Below the pieces are notes generated by a model. It did not search any database. It was given only the letters and a program-made list of their open reading frames with translations, and was not told where the DNA came from. From NCBI GenBank assembly GCA_963812135.1, contig CAWETU010000001.1:2142018-2206017 (forward strand): 64,000 nt of DNA, read 5' to 3'. The position numbers were made by a program, and so were the translations under genes. Below, piece by piece: positions 9,548 to 18,793 of this stretch. The first letter of the stretch is position 1, and each line of letters opens with the position of its first letter. This stretch comes from Vulcanimicrobiota bacterium. GTDB taxonomy: Bacteria; Vulcanimicrobiota; Vulcanimicrobiia; Eremiobacterales; Eremiobacteraceae.

Positions 9548-10006
9548 ATGGATCCGCTTGAGAACTTCAAGTTCCGCGTGATGTGGGATGGGCGTTATGT
9601 GGCCGGCGTGAGCAAGGTGAGCGCGCTGCGGCGCACCACTGAAGTCGTCCAACATCGCGAGGGCGGCGATTTCGGAATCATTCGAGAGCAGCCTGGCCGC
9701 GCCAAGTACGAACCGATCACGTTGGAGCGCGGCATCACGAACGACACCGCATTCGAGCAATGGGCGAACCTCGTGAACAACCCGACCGGCCCCGGCGCCG
9801 CCAACTTCCGAAAGGACATCCTGATCGATCTGTTCGATGAGGCGGGGCGCAAAGTGCTCTCATATAAGGTCTATCGCTGTTGGGTCTCAGAATATCAGGC
9901 CTTGCCCGATCTCGATGCGGACGCGAACGCGGTCGCGATCGAACATATCAAATTGGAGAATGAGGGCTGGGAGCGCGACACACAAGTCGTCTGGCCGGTG
10001 GAATAA
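9548..10006 (+). CDS. phage/eCIS tail-tube-like protein (T4 gp19 / 'conserved phage tail region protein' family), orphan copy
   Basis: 152 aa with AAAGGGG SD. FKFRVMWDG..VSKVSAL..TEVVQHREGG..PGRAKYEPITLERGIT.D..F..W..RKDILIDLFDEAG..CWVSEYQALPDLDA.AN.VAIEHIKLENEG matches the tube-protein pattern. Confidence 0.8.
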   Translation: MDPLENFKFRVMWDGRYVAGVSKVSALRRTTEVVQHREGGDFGIIREQPGRAKYEPITLERGITNDTAFEQWANLVNNPTGPGAANFRKDILIDLFDEAGRKVLSYKVYRCWVSEYQALPDLDADANAVAIEHIKLENEGWERDTQVVWPVE

Positions 10007-10026
10007 GTTCGACACGGAAAGTGAAA

Positions 10027-10058
10027 GGAACCTCGGGCGAGGTGCCCGAGGCTCCTTT
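10027..10058. terminator. bidirectional intrinsic-terminator-like hairpin between convergent genes
   Basis: GGAACCTCGGGC-GAGGT-GCCCGAGGCTCC forms a 12-bp stem with one mismatch. It is flanked by T-rich runs on both strands. Confidence 0.6.
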
Positions 10059-10086
10059 CATGCGCGCATTTTGAACGCGTTCGCCC

Positions 10087-10794
10087 TTATTGGCGTGCCG
10101 GAGGACCCTGGCGCTGTCCGACGACGCGGCCGATAACCGGCGACGACTCCGTCGCGGGCCCGTAACCCCAGATGCCGTTGAAGCTCTGGCCGTCATCGTT
10201 GAACCAGAACGAGAACCAGCCGGTCTGTGTCTTGCTCGTCCAGGTATAGCGCACTTTGTCGGAGGTCCGGAATTTGCCGTTCAGCGTGAGATTGCTGACT
10301 TGGCAAATCGAGGTCGGACCTGACTGAGTGCAGCTCGTCGGACCTTGGAACAGCGTCGGACCGGTTACGACCGTCATATTCCACGTGCCGGCCGTGGTGA
10401 TCTTGACCGGCGGCAGGATCTTATTGCCAACGAACGAGCCATTTTCTTTTTTGCCGTTGTAGCCCCATGACCCATTAAAACTGTGGCCGTTGGGTGTGAC
10501 GTAGACAGTGGCCCAGCCCGCGCCCGAATTGGGGCCGGTCGCGATCTTCCATGTGGCGTTGAGCTTCGAATCGCTCACAAACGTGCCTGTGAACGATCCG
10601 CCGTTCGCAGCGTTCGTGCCCACGACCCCATTGCCCGATTGGGTCAGTGTTATTGTGGCCGTTGAGCTGCCGTTCTTACCGGTTTGCTCGACAGTCCATT
10701 TACCGGTGAGGTTCGGCGGAGCCGCGAGAGCCGCGGCGGTCGAGATCGCTGCAATAGCAACGACGAGAACGAGGGATAGTGAAAAACGTTTCAC
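10087..10794 (-). CDS. secreted protein with two internally duplicated beta-rich modules
   Basis: Signal peptide MKRFSLSLVLVVAIAAISTAAALA. The pattern G.W......G....T.TQSG..V.G...GW....G.SFNG.WGY occurs twice. Confidence 0.75.
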   Translation of the reverse strand: MKRFSLSLVLVVAIAAISTAAALAAPPNLTGKWTVEQTGKNGSSTATITLTQSGNGVVGTNAANGGSFTGTFVSDSKLNATWKIATGPNSGAGWATVYVTPNGHSFNGSWGYNGKKENGSFVGNKILPPVKITTAGTWNMTVVTGPTLFQGPTSCTQSGPTSICQVSNLTLNGKFRTSDKVRYTWTSKTQTGWFSFWFNDDGQSFNGIWGYGPATESSPVIGRVVGQRQGPPARQ

Positions 10795-11098
10795 TCTTAG
10801 TCTCCTTCAAGTTTTAGAGTTAGGATCGGTCTTTCAGGAAAGCGCCGTGATATACCCGCGCCGGGGAGAGCGCGAACGCTGATGCTACCAGCGATGTACG
10901 CGTAAAGTCGCGCAAACCAACTTGGCTGCTCCTATGTTCTTGCGCAAGGTCCCCAAGCGTACCGATGCAGGGGACGGCCGCATGTATTCGACAAGCCCCG
11001 ACCGAACCGGCGCGACGGTCTTAGGAACGTTCTGATCCTCCGCTTCCGTTTGAATGGGTGGGTGATTGTACCCGTTCTTTTTCGAGGAGAGTATCGCG

Positions 11099-11605
11099 AT
11101 GAAGTCTCTGCCTAGATTGCATTTACTCGTCGCCGCATTGTCCCTTTGCGCGCTTGCGCTGGCTGGTCCGCTTCCCGGAAGCGCGAGCACGACCACGACT
11201 GGAAACGCAGCGGGAAACAACGTGGCGCATCCCCTCGTGGTCCCCCGCCCTTCTAACCTTCGCCAACCGGCCAACAGCGCCGACTGCGTCAGCCACGTCT
11301 ACAACGGCGGCGCAGGGTACTACGAGCACATCGCATATGGCTGCTCGCACCCGACCGCCAATTATATCTACATCGTGTGGGACTACTCCGGCCCCCGGCC
11401 GCACGACGGCTATCACGTCTATCGCACTGACTCCGGACGGCAAGACTACGGCATTCACAACGACGGCACGGTGGCGCAGATCTACTACGCCGGCGGCCGC
11501 GCGTGTTTCGTCGTCACTGCCGTCAACGGCACGACCGAGTCGCCGGACAGCAATCAGTTCTGCATCTACCCTGTGGCCGCGCCGATGCACGTCGTGCCCC
11601 ACTAG
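11099..11605 (+). CDS. secreted hypothetical protein (FN3-like C-terminal module)
   Basis: ATG at 11099 with GGAGAG SD, and signal peptide MKSLPRLHLLVAALSLCALALAG. 'YHVYRTDSG...CFVVTAVNGTTESPDS' is FN3-like. Confidence 0.7.
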   Translation: MKSLPRLHLLVAALSLCALALAGPLPGSASTTTTGNAAGNNVAHPLVVPRPSNLRQPANSADCVSHVYNGGAGYYEHIAYGCSHPTANYIYIVWDYSGPRPHDGYHVYRTDSGRQDYGIHNDGTVAQIYYAGGRACFVVTAVNGTTESPDSNQFCIYPVAAPMHVVPH

Positions 11606-12492
11606 CTGTGGTGCTTGAACTCGTTCTTGTCGAAATACCACGGCGGGATGTCCGCCGGAAAACCAAAATCGTGAAAGGTGTATTCGTAGTGGCCGCTATC
11701 GCCGAACGGGCCGACGTGCACTTCGCCGTCGCCGATCGCGTGCGCGATAAGCCAATACGGCCCGACCTTCTCGAACTCGACGAGCGCGTCGAGCGTCCCA
11801 TTGCCGGGACCCTTCGAACCTGACGCGTGCGCGTGCGCGCGCCAGACGTCGAAAGTCGTCGTGTCCACCCACAGGTCTTTGAACGGATGCGCGCGCTCGT
11901 CGCGCAGCGCGTGCATCGCGAGATGGTAGACGGGCTTGCCGTTGTAATCCTCGATGCCGACCAGCTTGACCGAATAGTAACGGTCGCCGACCACCGGCTG
12001 GACCGTCAGCACGGGCGGCGGCGTTCGGCCTGAGGGCAGCGGTCCGGGCGTGCTCGTCGGCGGCGGGGTCAGCGCTGGATCCGGCGTCGCATATAAGAGG
12101 ATGTCGTTGTCGGGAGCCGAGGGGAACGGGTAGCCGAAATACGTCTCGGCGCGCCCGTAGCGGTCCTTGCTGATGTTCTGCATGAGGCCTTTGCCGTCGC
12201 CGCGATACCAGACCCGGTAGTCGTACTCTTCGCGCTGCCAGTGATGGTCGAAGAGCTCGTGCATCTGGTACGTGATGAAGTACGGGTGTTGGTGGGCACG
12301 CGTCGCCCTCTCGGCGTTGATCATGATCTGATCGGCGCTGAGCTCCTCGACCTCGACGGGCGTCGGCCGAACGGTCGGAGTGGGAGTGGGAGTGGGCGTC
12401 GGCCTTGGCGTTGGAGTCGGCGCGCCGACCGCGACGGCGGCAGCAGCCAAGGTCAGCGCGGCCAAACCCGCGGCAGCGATGAAGTTCCTCAC
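11602..12492 (-). CDS. secreted hypothetical protein with N-terminal Pro/Thr linker
   Basis: 296 aa with a signal peptide followed by [16 protein letters not shown]. Its stop overlaps the convergent gene stop (CTAG). Confidence 0.75.
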   Translation of the reverse strand: MRNFIAAAGLAALTLAAAAVAVGAPTPTPRPTPTPTPTPTVRPTPVEVEELSADQIMINAERATRAHQHPYFITYQMHELFDHHWQREEYDYRVWYRGDGKGLMQNISKDRYGRAETYFGYPFPSAPDNDILLYATPDPALTPPPTSTPGPLPSGRTPPPVLTVQPVVGDRYYSVKLVGIEDYNGKPVYHLAMHALRDERAHPFKDLWVDTTTFDVWRAHAHASGSKGPGNGTLDALVEFEKVGPYWLIAHAIGDGEVHVGPFGDSGHYEYTFHDFGFPADIPPWYFDKNEFKHHS

Positions 12493-12530
12493 GATGATAT
12501 GACGTCTTTCGACGCAAATGATACGAGCGC

Positions 12531-15500
12531 ATGCAGCGATTCGAACCGACCGAGCAACAACGGGCCGTCATCGACCACCGGGGCGGCCACGCACTCGTCT
12601 TCGCCGGCCCAGGCACCGGCAAGACCGAGACGCTTGCTCGGCGGTTCGCTTCGTTGGTGGTGGACGACGGCGTCGACCCGAGCGCGATCCTTGTTTTGAC
12701 CTTTTCTCGGCGCGCCGCGGAGCAGATGCTCGAGCGCGTGGTCCAGCGCTTGCGCGAGCGCACCAGCAAAGAGCTGGCGGTGAGCGAACTCTTCGTGCGC
12801 ACCTTTCATAGCTTTTGCGCCCGGCTGCTCGACGGCGACGGTCCGCGCTTTCGCGAGCGCAATCTGCTCAGCCCGATCAAGGAGCGGCTTCTTTGGAAAC
12901 GCGTGGCGGCGCGCGTGCCGCTGCGCTCGTTCGATCCCGAGGTTCGTACAAGCCCGGCGTTCGCCGCCGACGCGCTGAACCTGATCGCGCAGCTCAAAGG
13001 GCAGGGGCTGAGCCCGTCGGACGTCGAGGACGCGGCCAAGCGCGACGGCCGCTTGCACGACATCGCTGCGCTCTACCGCGAGCTTGACGCCGAGCGCAGG
13101 CGATTGCGCTTGTCAGATTTCCGCGATCTCGTCAAGGACGCGCTCGACGCGCTGACGCTGCCCGACAGCCCCGCGTCACGCTGGCTGCACGCGCGCAGCG
13201 GTTTTGCGCACATCCTGGTCGACGAGTTCCAGGATAGCGACGCGCTGCAACTGCGTTTGCTGGAGATCTTGGCCGGACCTCACCGCAACGCAGCGCATCC
13301 GGTGCCGGAGATCTGTTTCGTCGGTGATTTCAACCAATCGATCTATCGCTTTCGCGGCGCCACGCCGAAGAACATCGAGATCGTGCGCGAGACCTTCGCC
13401 TGCCGCGAGCTCACGCTCGATCTCAACCGGCGTTCGGCGCAAGCGATTTTGGACGTCGCCAATGCGACGCCGCAGCTCAAGCCCGAATCGCTGACGCAGG
13501 CGGAGAATCAGTCATTGGAAGGCAGCGTGCAGCTGCGGCGCGCGACCGATCCCGACAGCGAGATCGCGCTCGTCTGCGACTCGATCGCGGCGCGCGTCCG
13601 GGCGGGCACGCCGCCCGGAGAGATCGCCGTGCTGCTGCGCGTGAGCGAGCCCTATCAGAGTTTGATCGTCGGCCAGCTCGATGCGCGCGGTATTCCCGTC
13701 GCGGCGCGCCCGTCGGCCGGTTTTCTCGAGGATCCGGTGATCGCCGCAGTGCTCGACACGATCCGGCTCACCGCAGACCTCGAGGACTTCGACCGCTGGA
13801 CGCGCGTGCTCACCAATCCGCTGATCGGCTTTGGCCAGCTTTCGGTCAGTCTCGCGTTCGATGCGGCGCGCCGCTTCGGGATGCGCAACGCGTTTGTCGC
13901 GCTACGCGACAATCCGCCGTCCGGGCGGCTTGCATTCGAGGATTTCTTGCGGCACTGGCGCGCGGTCGAGGCAGAAGCGCGTTCGGAAGAAAGCGACATC
14001 GCGTCGCTGATCGCGACGATCGCACGCGAATTCGACCTGTTGCGGCCGGTGCGCTCTGGCGATATCCCGCCCGGCTGGGACCCGCGCTCTTCACCGGCTC
14101 GCCTTGGTTCGCTGGTGGATGCCGCGCGCGACCTGCAGTCGATGGCATACGTGTTGGGCGACGGGCGCATCAGGCCCGCGGAATTTGTCGACAGCATTGA
14201 GGAGGTCGCAGGGCTGCTTGGGGATCCGACGCAGATCCCGCCACTGGATAGCGGCGGCGTCCGCGTGATGTCGATCCATGCCGCCAAAGGGCTTGAGTTC
14301 GATGAGGTGGTCATCCCGCAGGCGATCGACGGCGTGCTTCCCCAGCGCGAACGCGGCCACGCATTGCTGTCGAACGCCTCGGTGCGCGCGCTGCACGCCA
14401 AGGCGGCGACCTTTGTGGCGACGCCCGAAGAGGCATATCAAGAGGAGTGCTCGCTGTGGTACGTCGCGCTCACTCGCGCGCGCCGCCACGTGCTGGTCAC
14501 AGCGGCGGAAGCGGACGCCGACGATATCGAGCTGCCGCTCTCGGTGTTCGCGCATGCGATCAAGGACGCTGCAGCGGCGCCCGCGCTTCGCTCAGGCGCG
14601 GGACTCGAGCTGCGCTCGGGTGCCGGTCGAATCAATTCGACCGCTGCATTTGTGCCCGTGCAGGAGCGACGACCGCTCACCCATGTCATCGATCACCTGT
14701 CGCCCACCGGCGTGGGAACCTTCCTCGCGTGCCCCCGGCGCTTCTTCTATAAGGAAGTATTGCGCTTGACTCGAAGACCGCGATGACGAAGGAACGCTGC
14801 TCGGACGATTGTTGCACCGTGCGCTCGCGGCATTCCATACCGAGGAGCGCGTGTTCGGCCCCCGGCCCGATCTGGACGCTTGTCGCGCGCGTTGGAGCGA
14901 GTCGCTCTCCACGTTGGCCGAGGCCGCCGCCGGCACGGTGGCGACCGAAGCGGGTTTCGCGCCGGATTCGAGCTTCATGCGCTACCAGCTCGCGCTCGCG
15001 CGCCAATATCTGGCGGACTACGCGGCGCACCTCTCACGTGAGTCTATCGCCGCGCCGTTTGAGGTGCTCGCGTGCGAACAGCGATTGGAAGCGGAGATCG
15101 GCGGCGTGCGCTTCACCGGTCAAGCCGACCGCATCGATCGGCTCGCGGACGGCACGCTGGCGATCCGCGACTACAAGAGCGGCAGACGCTATGGAAAGCT
15201 TGCGGTCGCAGTCCGCAAGGCGTTGGAGCGCATCGACAACGGCGAGCAGCTCGCGGGCGATGCGCCCGAGGGGCTCAACCTTCAGCTCTTGCTGTATATG
15301 CCGGGCGCGCAGGCGCTCTATGGGGCGCCCGTTTCGCGCGTCGAGTTCATCTATTTCCGCGGCGAGGGCGAGGGGGACGGATTGCTCGCCGATACGGTCC
15401 AGATCGTCGCGGATGGTTCGGCGCGCGCGTCGGATAACACGCTCACCGCGGCGGAGGCTCACCGCGCGCAGACCGAGATCGCGGCTTCAGTCGCCGCGGC

Positions 15501-15609
15501 GTGCGCGGACGGCAGCCTGGACGCGTTCGTCACCGCCGTCGACATCAAGACGTGCCGCTTCTGCGGTTTCGTGCGGGCGTGCCCCGGCCCGTTGGCGGTC
15601 GCTCAATGA
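12531..15609 (+). CDS. AddB/AdnA-like helicase-nuclease subunit (UvrD-type motor + PD-(D/E)XK nuclease with Cys cluster). Frame broken by an apparent +1 shift near 14769 (ORF pieces 12531..14786 and 14770..15609)
   Basis: Motor motifs GPGTGKT, ILVDEFQDSD and WYVALTRARRH. Nuclease motifs FLACPRRFFYKEVL, ADRIDRL..LAIRDYKSG and CRFCGFVRAC. 'KEVLRL' continues as 'LEDRDDEGTLLGRLLHRAL' in the next frame. Confidence 0.8.
14625..14648 (+). repeat. REP-like element embedded in-frame in the helicase-nuclease linker (GGTCGAATCAATTCGACCGCTGCA)
   Basis: Stem intact, with loop and tail substituted. Translated as GRINSTAA within ORF 12531..14786. Confidence 0.8.
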
Positions 15610-17901
15610 ATCCGATGTTCGATTTCTCATCGAATCCGATTTCGACCGAACAGCAGCTCGTGCTCGAGCACCCTATCGACAAGCCGGCGCTCGTCGACGC
15701 AGGTGCGGGCACCGGCAAAACGCACACGATCGTCAATCGCGTGGCGTATCTCCATGAGAGCGGGCTGTGCCGCGCCAAAGACATCTTGTTGCTCACGTTC
15801 GCGCGCAAGGCCGCCGCCGAATTGCGCAGGCGGACGTTGGCGCGCCTTGGCCCGACGATCGAGCCCCCGCATTGCTCGACCTTCCACGGCTTCGCGTCAA
15901 GCCTGTTGCTGGAGCATGCCTACGATCTCGGCGTGTCGCCGGACAGCACCGTTATCGAAGACGTCGACGCGCGCCTCGAATTCCGTGCTGCGATGGACGA
16001 CGTCATCCATAACCCGCACGCGGATGCCCACGCGTTGCCGCTGCGCTCGGCTCGGCGCGACGATCTGCGCGCCGGTCTGTTCGCGATCGCACAAGAGCTG
16101 AAGGAACAGGACATCGAGATCGACGCATTCGAGCGACAAGCGCTCGCGGCCGCCTCGTCGATCGAATCGATACCGTATCGCGAGATTCACAAGCGCACCG
16201 AGGGCGGCAGCGTCTCGTCCGTCACGCAAGCGCACACGACCGACGAGGGGCTGCGCCGGGAAGTAATGGAGGCGCAAGCACGCGTGCGCGCCGCGGCCGC
16301 GATCTTCCGCCGTTATCACGAGCGCTTAGCGCGCCGTTTTGCGCTCACGTACGCAGACCTCTTGCGGCTCGCGCGCCGGGGCATCGAAGAGGATCCGAAA
16401 CTGGCAGCGGAGCTGCGCGGCCGATTCCGGCATTGCATCGTCGATGAGTTCCAGGACACCAACGACGCGCAGTGGCGGTTCTTGCAGACGCTCTTCGGCG
16501 CCGGACTCGAGCGCGTCACGGTGGTCGGCGATCCGCGCCAAAGCATCTTCGGCTTCATCGGCGCGACGCCGGCGAACATCGAGCGCTTCGGTTCGACCGC
16601 CGGCGCCAAGCGATACGCCCTGTCTGAAAACCGGCGCTCGCGCCAAGAGATCCTCGATCTGGCGCACGCGATCATCCGGCAGCAATCGGACGACGCCAAA
16701 CCGTTGGCGGCGAGCAGAGGAGCGTCGGGCTCCCCCAACGTCCATGTGTCGAGCAGATGGGCGACCCCGCAGCTGCCCCGTCCGCGCGCGGAGCAGAATC
16801 GCCACGCGCAGGCGCGCGCAGTGGCGGCGCGCATCAAGACGCTGCTGTCCGGCGGGATGCCGCCGCAACATATCGCGATCCTCACGCGCAACAAGACGCA
16901 GATCCAAGCGTTCACCGCGGCGCTGGTCGCCCACGACATCCCGTTCCGGCTGCTCGGCGGCGCCGGATTCTACGAGACCGCCGAGGTGGTCGACGCACTG
17001 GCGTGGCTGATGCTGCTCTCAAACCCGCTCGACGGCCAGGCCGTGGCGCGCTTGTGCGCATCCCCAGCATGCGGCTTGTCCGACGCGGCGATGACGACGC
17101 TGGCCGCGGGGCTCGACCGGGATGACTCGGCGTTCGCGCGGCGCGCGCTCGTCGAACCGATACCCGAGACTCTGGATCCCGACAGCCGGCGGCGCCTCGA
17201 GCGTTTGCGAGCAAATCGTCGATGCGATCGAACCGTACGCCTCGGCGTCGCTGCGCATCGCGTTTCCGGAGATGCTCGCGCGCACCGGGCTGTTCGAGAC
17301 CTACGCGCGCAGCGGCGACACGCAGGCGACGGCGAACCTGCTCAAACTTGGGAAGCTGGCGACGGCCTTCGTGGAGCGCAACCGGGAAGCGCAAGCCCGC
17401 GATTTCGTGCACTATATCGAAGAGCTCAAGCGCATCGACTTCGACGACCGCGAAGCGGATCCGCCGGCGAGCGATGCGGTCACCGTCATGACGATCCATG
17501 CAGCCAAAGGATTGGAATGGCCGGTCGTCTTCGTCATCGACGTCTGGCCACGCGTCTTCCAGCCGCCGATGATCTGGCGCGATCCGCTCACCGGCGCGCT
17601 GCTGTGCATGGAAGGCGCGGACGGCAACAAGCCGTTTCATGCCGTGGCGGCCAAACTGCGGCCTGATCACGAAGGCATCGCGCCGCACGAGACCGAGCTT
17701 GAGGAAAGCGAGCGCGACGCGGAAGAGCGCAGGTTGTTCTATGTCGCGTTGACCCGCGCGCGCGACGAGCTCTACATTTTGGGCGGCAGCCAGTACAGCG
17801 CGAAAAATCCCGGCGGCAGGCCGCATGAGTTCATCGCCGAGATCGAGTCATGGATGACTATCCGGGGCTGGCCGATCGACGAGCCGGTACCGGTCGGTTG
17901 A
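15606..17901 (+). CDS. AddA/AdnB-like UvrD-type helicase module. Frame broken by an apparent +1 shift near 17208 (ORF pieces 15606..~17208 and ~17209..17901)
   Basis: ATGA overlap with the upstream gene. Motifs GAGTGKTHTI, CIVDEFQDTN, VMTIHAAKGLEWPVVFV and LFYVALTRARDEL. 'RRRLERL' continues as 'EQIVDAIEPYASA' in the next frame. Confidence 0.8.
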
Positions 17902-17908
17902 AAAAGTC

Positions 17909-18010
17909 GGTCGAATAAATTCGACCGCTACAGACAGCGCGGAGGACGGTCGAATAAATTCGACCGCTACAGACGGCGCGGAGCACGGTCGAATACATTC
18001 GACCGCTACA
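17909..18010 (+). repeat. three tandem REP-like copies with a 39-bp period
   Basis: Copies at 17909-17932, 17948-17971 and 17987-18010, separated by near-identical 15-nt spacers (GACAGCGCGGAGGAC and GACGGCGCGGAGCAC). Confidence 0.9.
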
Positions 18011-18022
18011 TCCAAGCCGGCG

Positions 18023-18790
18023 TTGCCGCCGCTCTCCTTCTCCACCTTGCGCGCGTTCGAGCGCTGTCCGCGCAGCATGACCTACGCCGCGATCCTGCGC
18101 CTGCCGGACTTGCGCCGCCGCAAACCGGAAGCATCCGACGACGCGCTCGCCGAGGCGATCTCGGCCGACGGCGAGGACGCCGATGCGCTGCTGGCATCCG
18201 ATCGCGGCCGGCTCGTGCACCGCGCGCTCGAACGTTGGGCGCTGTCACAGATCGACGGCGCGCCGAGCGATTCGGCTGCTGTCTACATCGCCGCGGCGGC
18301 GACCGAGTTCGCATTGCGTCTGAAGGGGAACGAATTGAAGGAATCGATCGAGGACGTGCGCGCCGCGATCGACGGGCTGCGCGACTGGCGGGTTGTGCGG
18401 GCCGAAGCGCCGTTCGTGATGCAATTTGGCGACGCGGTCGTCACCGGTTTCATCGATCTCATCGCGCTCGATGACGCGGGCCTTCCCGTGATCCTCGACT
18501 ACAAGACAGGAACAACACCCGTTTCCGAATACGCCTTGCAGCTGGGAATCTATCGCGAGGCCGCGATGCGCGCTTATGGCGTGCGCGATCCTCGCTGTGC
18601 GATCGGCAGGTTCGAGGGCGGCCGTTTCACGATCGAGATGATCGATGCGCCGGCCGAGCCAGACGTACGAGCGCGTATCGGCGCGGTCGCGGCGGGCCTG
18701 AGCGCTACCGACATTGAACCGCGGCCCGGACGATGGTGCTACACGTGCACGTATCGAGCGGCACCCTGCGATGCGTACCCGCACTCGTGA
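18023..18790 (+). CDS. PD-(D/E)XK (RecB/Cas4-like) nuclease module with C-terminal Cys cluster. Its reading frame is open upstream to 17858, through all three REP copies
   Basis: FSTLRAFERCPRSM, VVTGFIDLIALDD..PVILDYKTG, QLGIY and RWCYTCTYRAAPC. This is the domain normally fused to the C-terminus of AddA/AdnB helicases. Confidence 0.8.
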   Translation: MPPLSFSTLRAFERCPRSMTYAAILRLPDLRRRKPEASDDALAEAISADGEDADALLASDRGRLVHRALERWALSQIDGAPSDSAAVYIAAAATEFALRLKGNELKESIEDVRAAIDGLRDWRVVRAEAPFVMQFGDAVVTGFIDLIALDDAGLPVILDYKTGTTPVSEYALQLGIYREAAMRAYGVRDPRCAIGRFEGGRFTIEMIDAPAEPDVRARIGAVAAGLSATDIEPRPGRWCYTCTYRAAPCDAYPHS

Positions 18791-18793
18791 TCA

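Noticed and set aside
9548-10006. Prophage or extracellular contractile injection system locus
   Set aside because: Only a tube-like gene is present. No sheath, baseplate, tape-measure, integrase or lysis genes are found within tens of kb, and the flanks are ordinary chromosomal genes.
9997-10017. Additional REP copy overlapping the stop of the tail-tube-like gene (GGTGGAATAAGTTCGACACGG)
   Set aside because: Only about 16 of 21 positions match and the hairpin arms no longer pair. It could be a relic, but it is not distinguishable from chance by eye.
17909-18010. Possible mini-CRISPR array (24-nt repeats with 15-nt spacers)
   Set aside because: The two spacers are near-identical to each other, so this is a 39-bp tandem repeat. 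At 15 nt they are far too short for CRISPR spacers. The same 24-mer occurs singly at many other loci, and there are no cas genes in the window.
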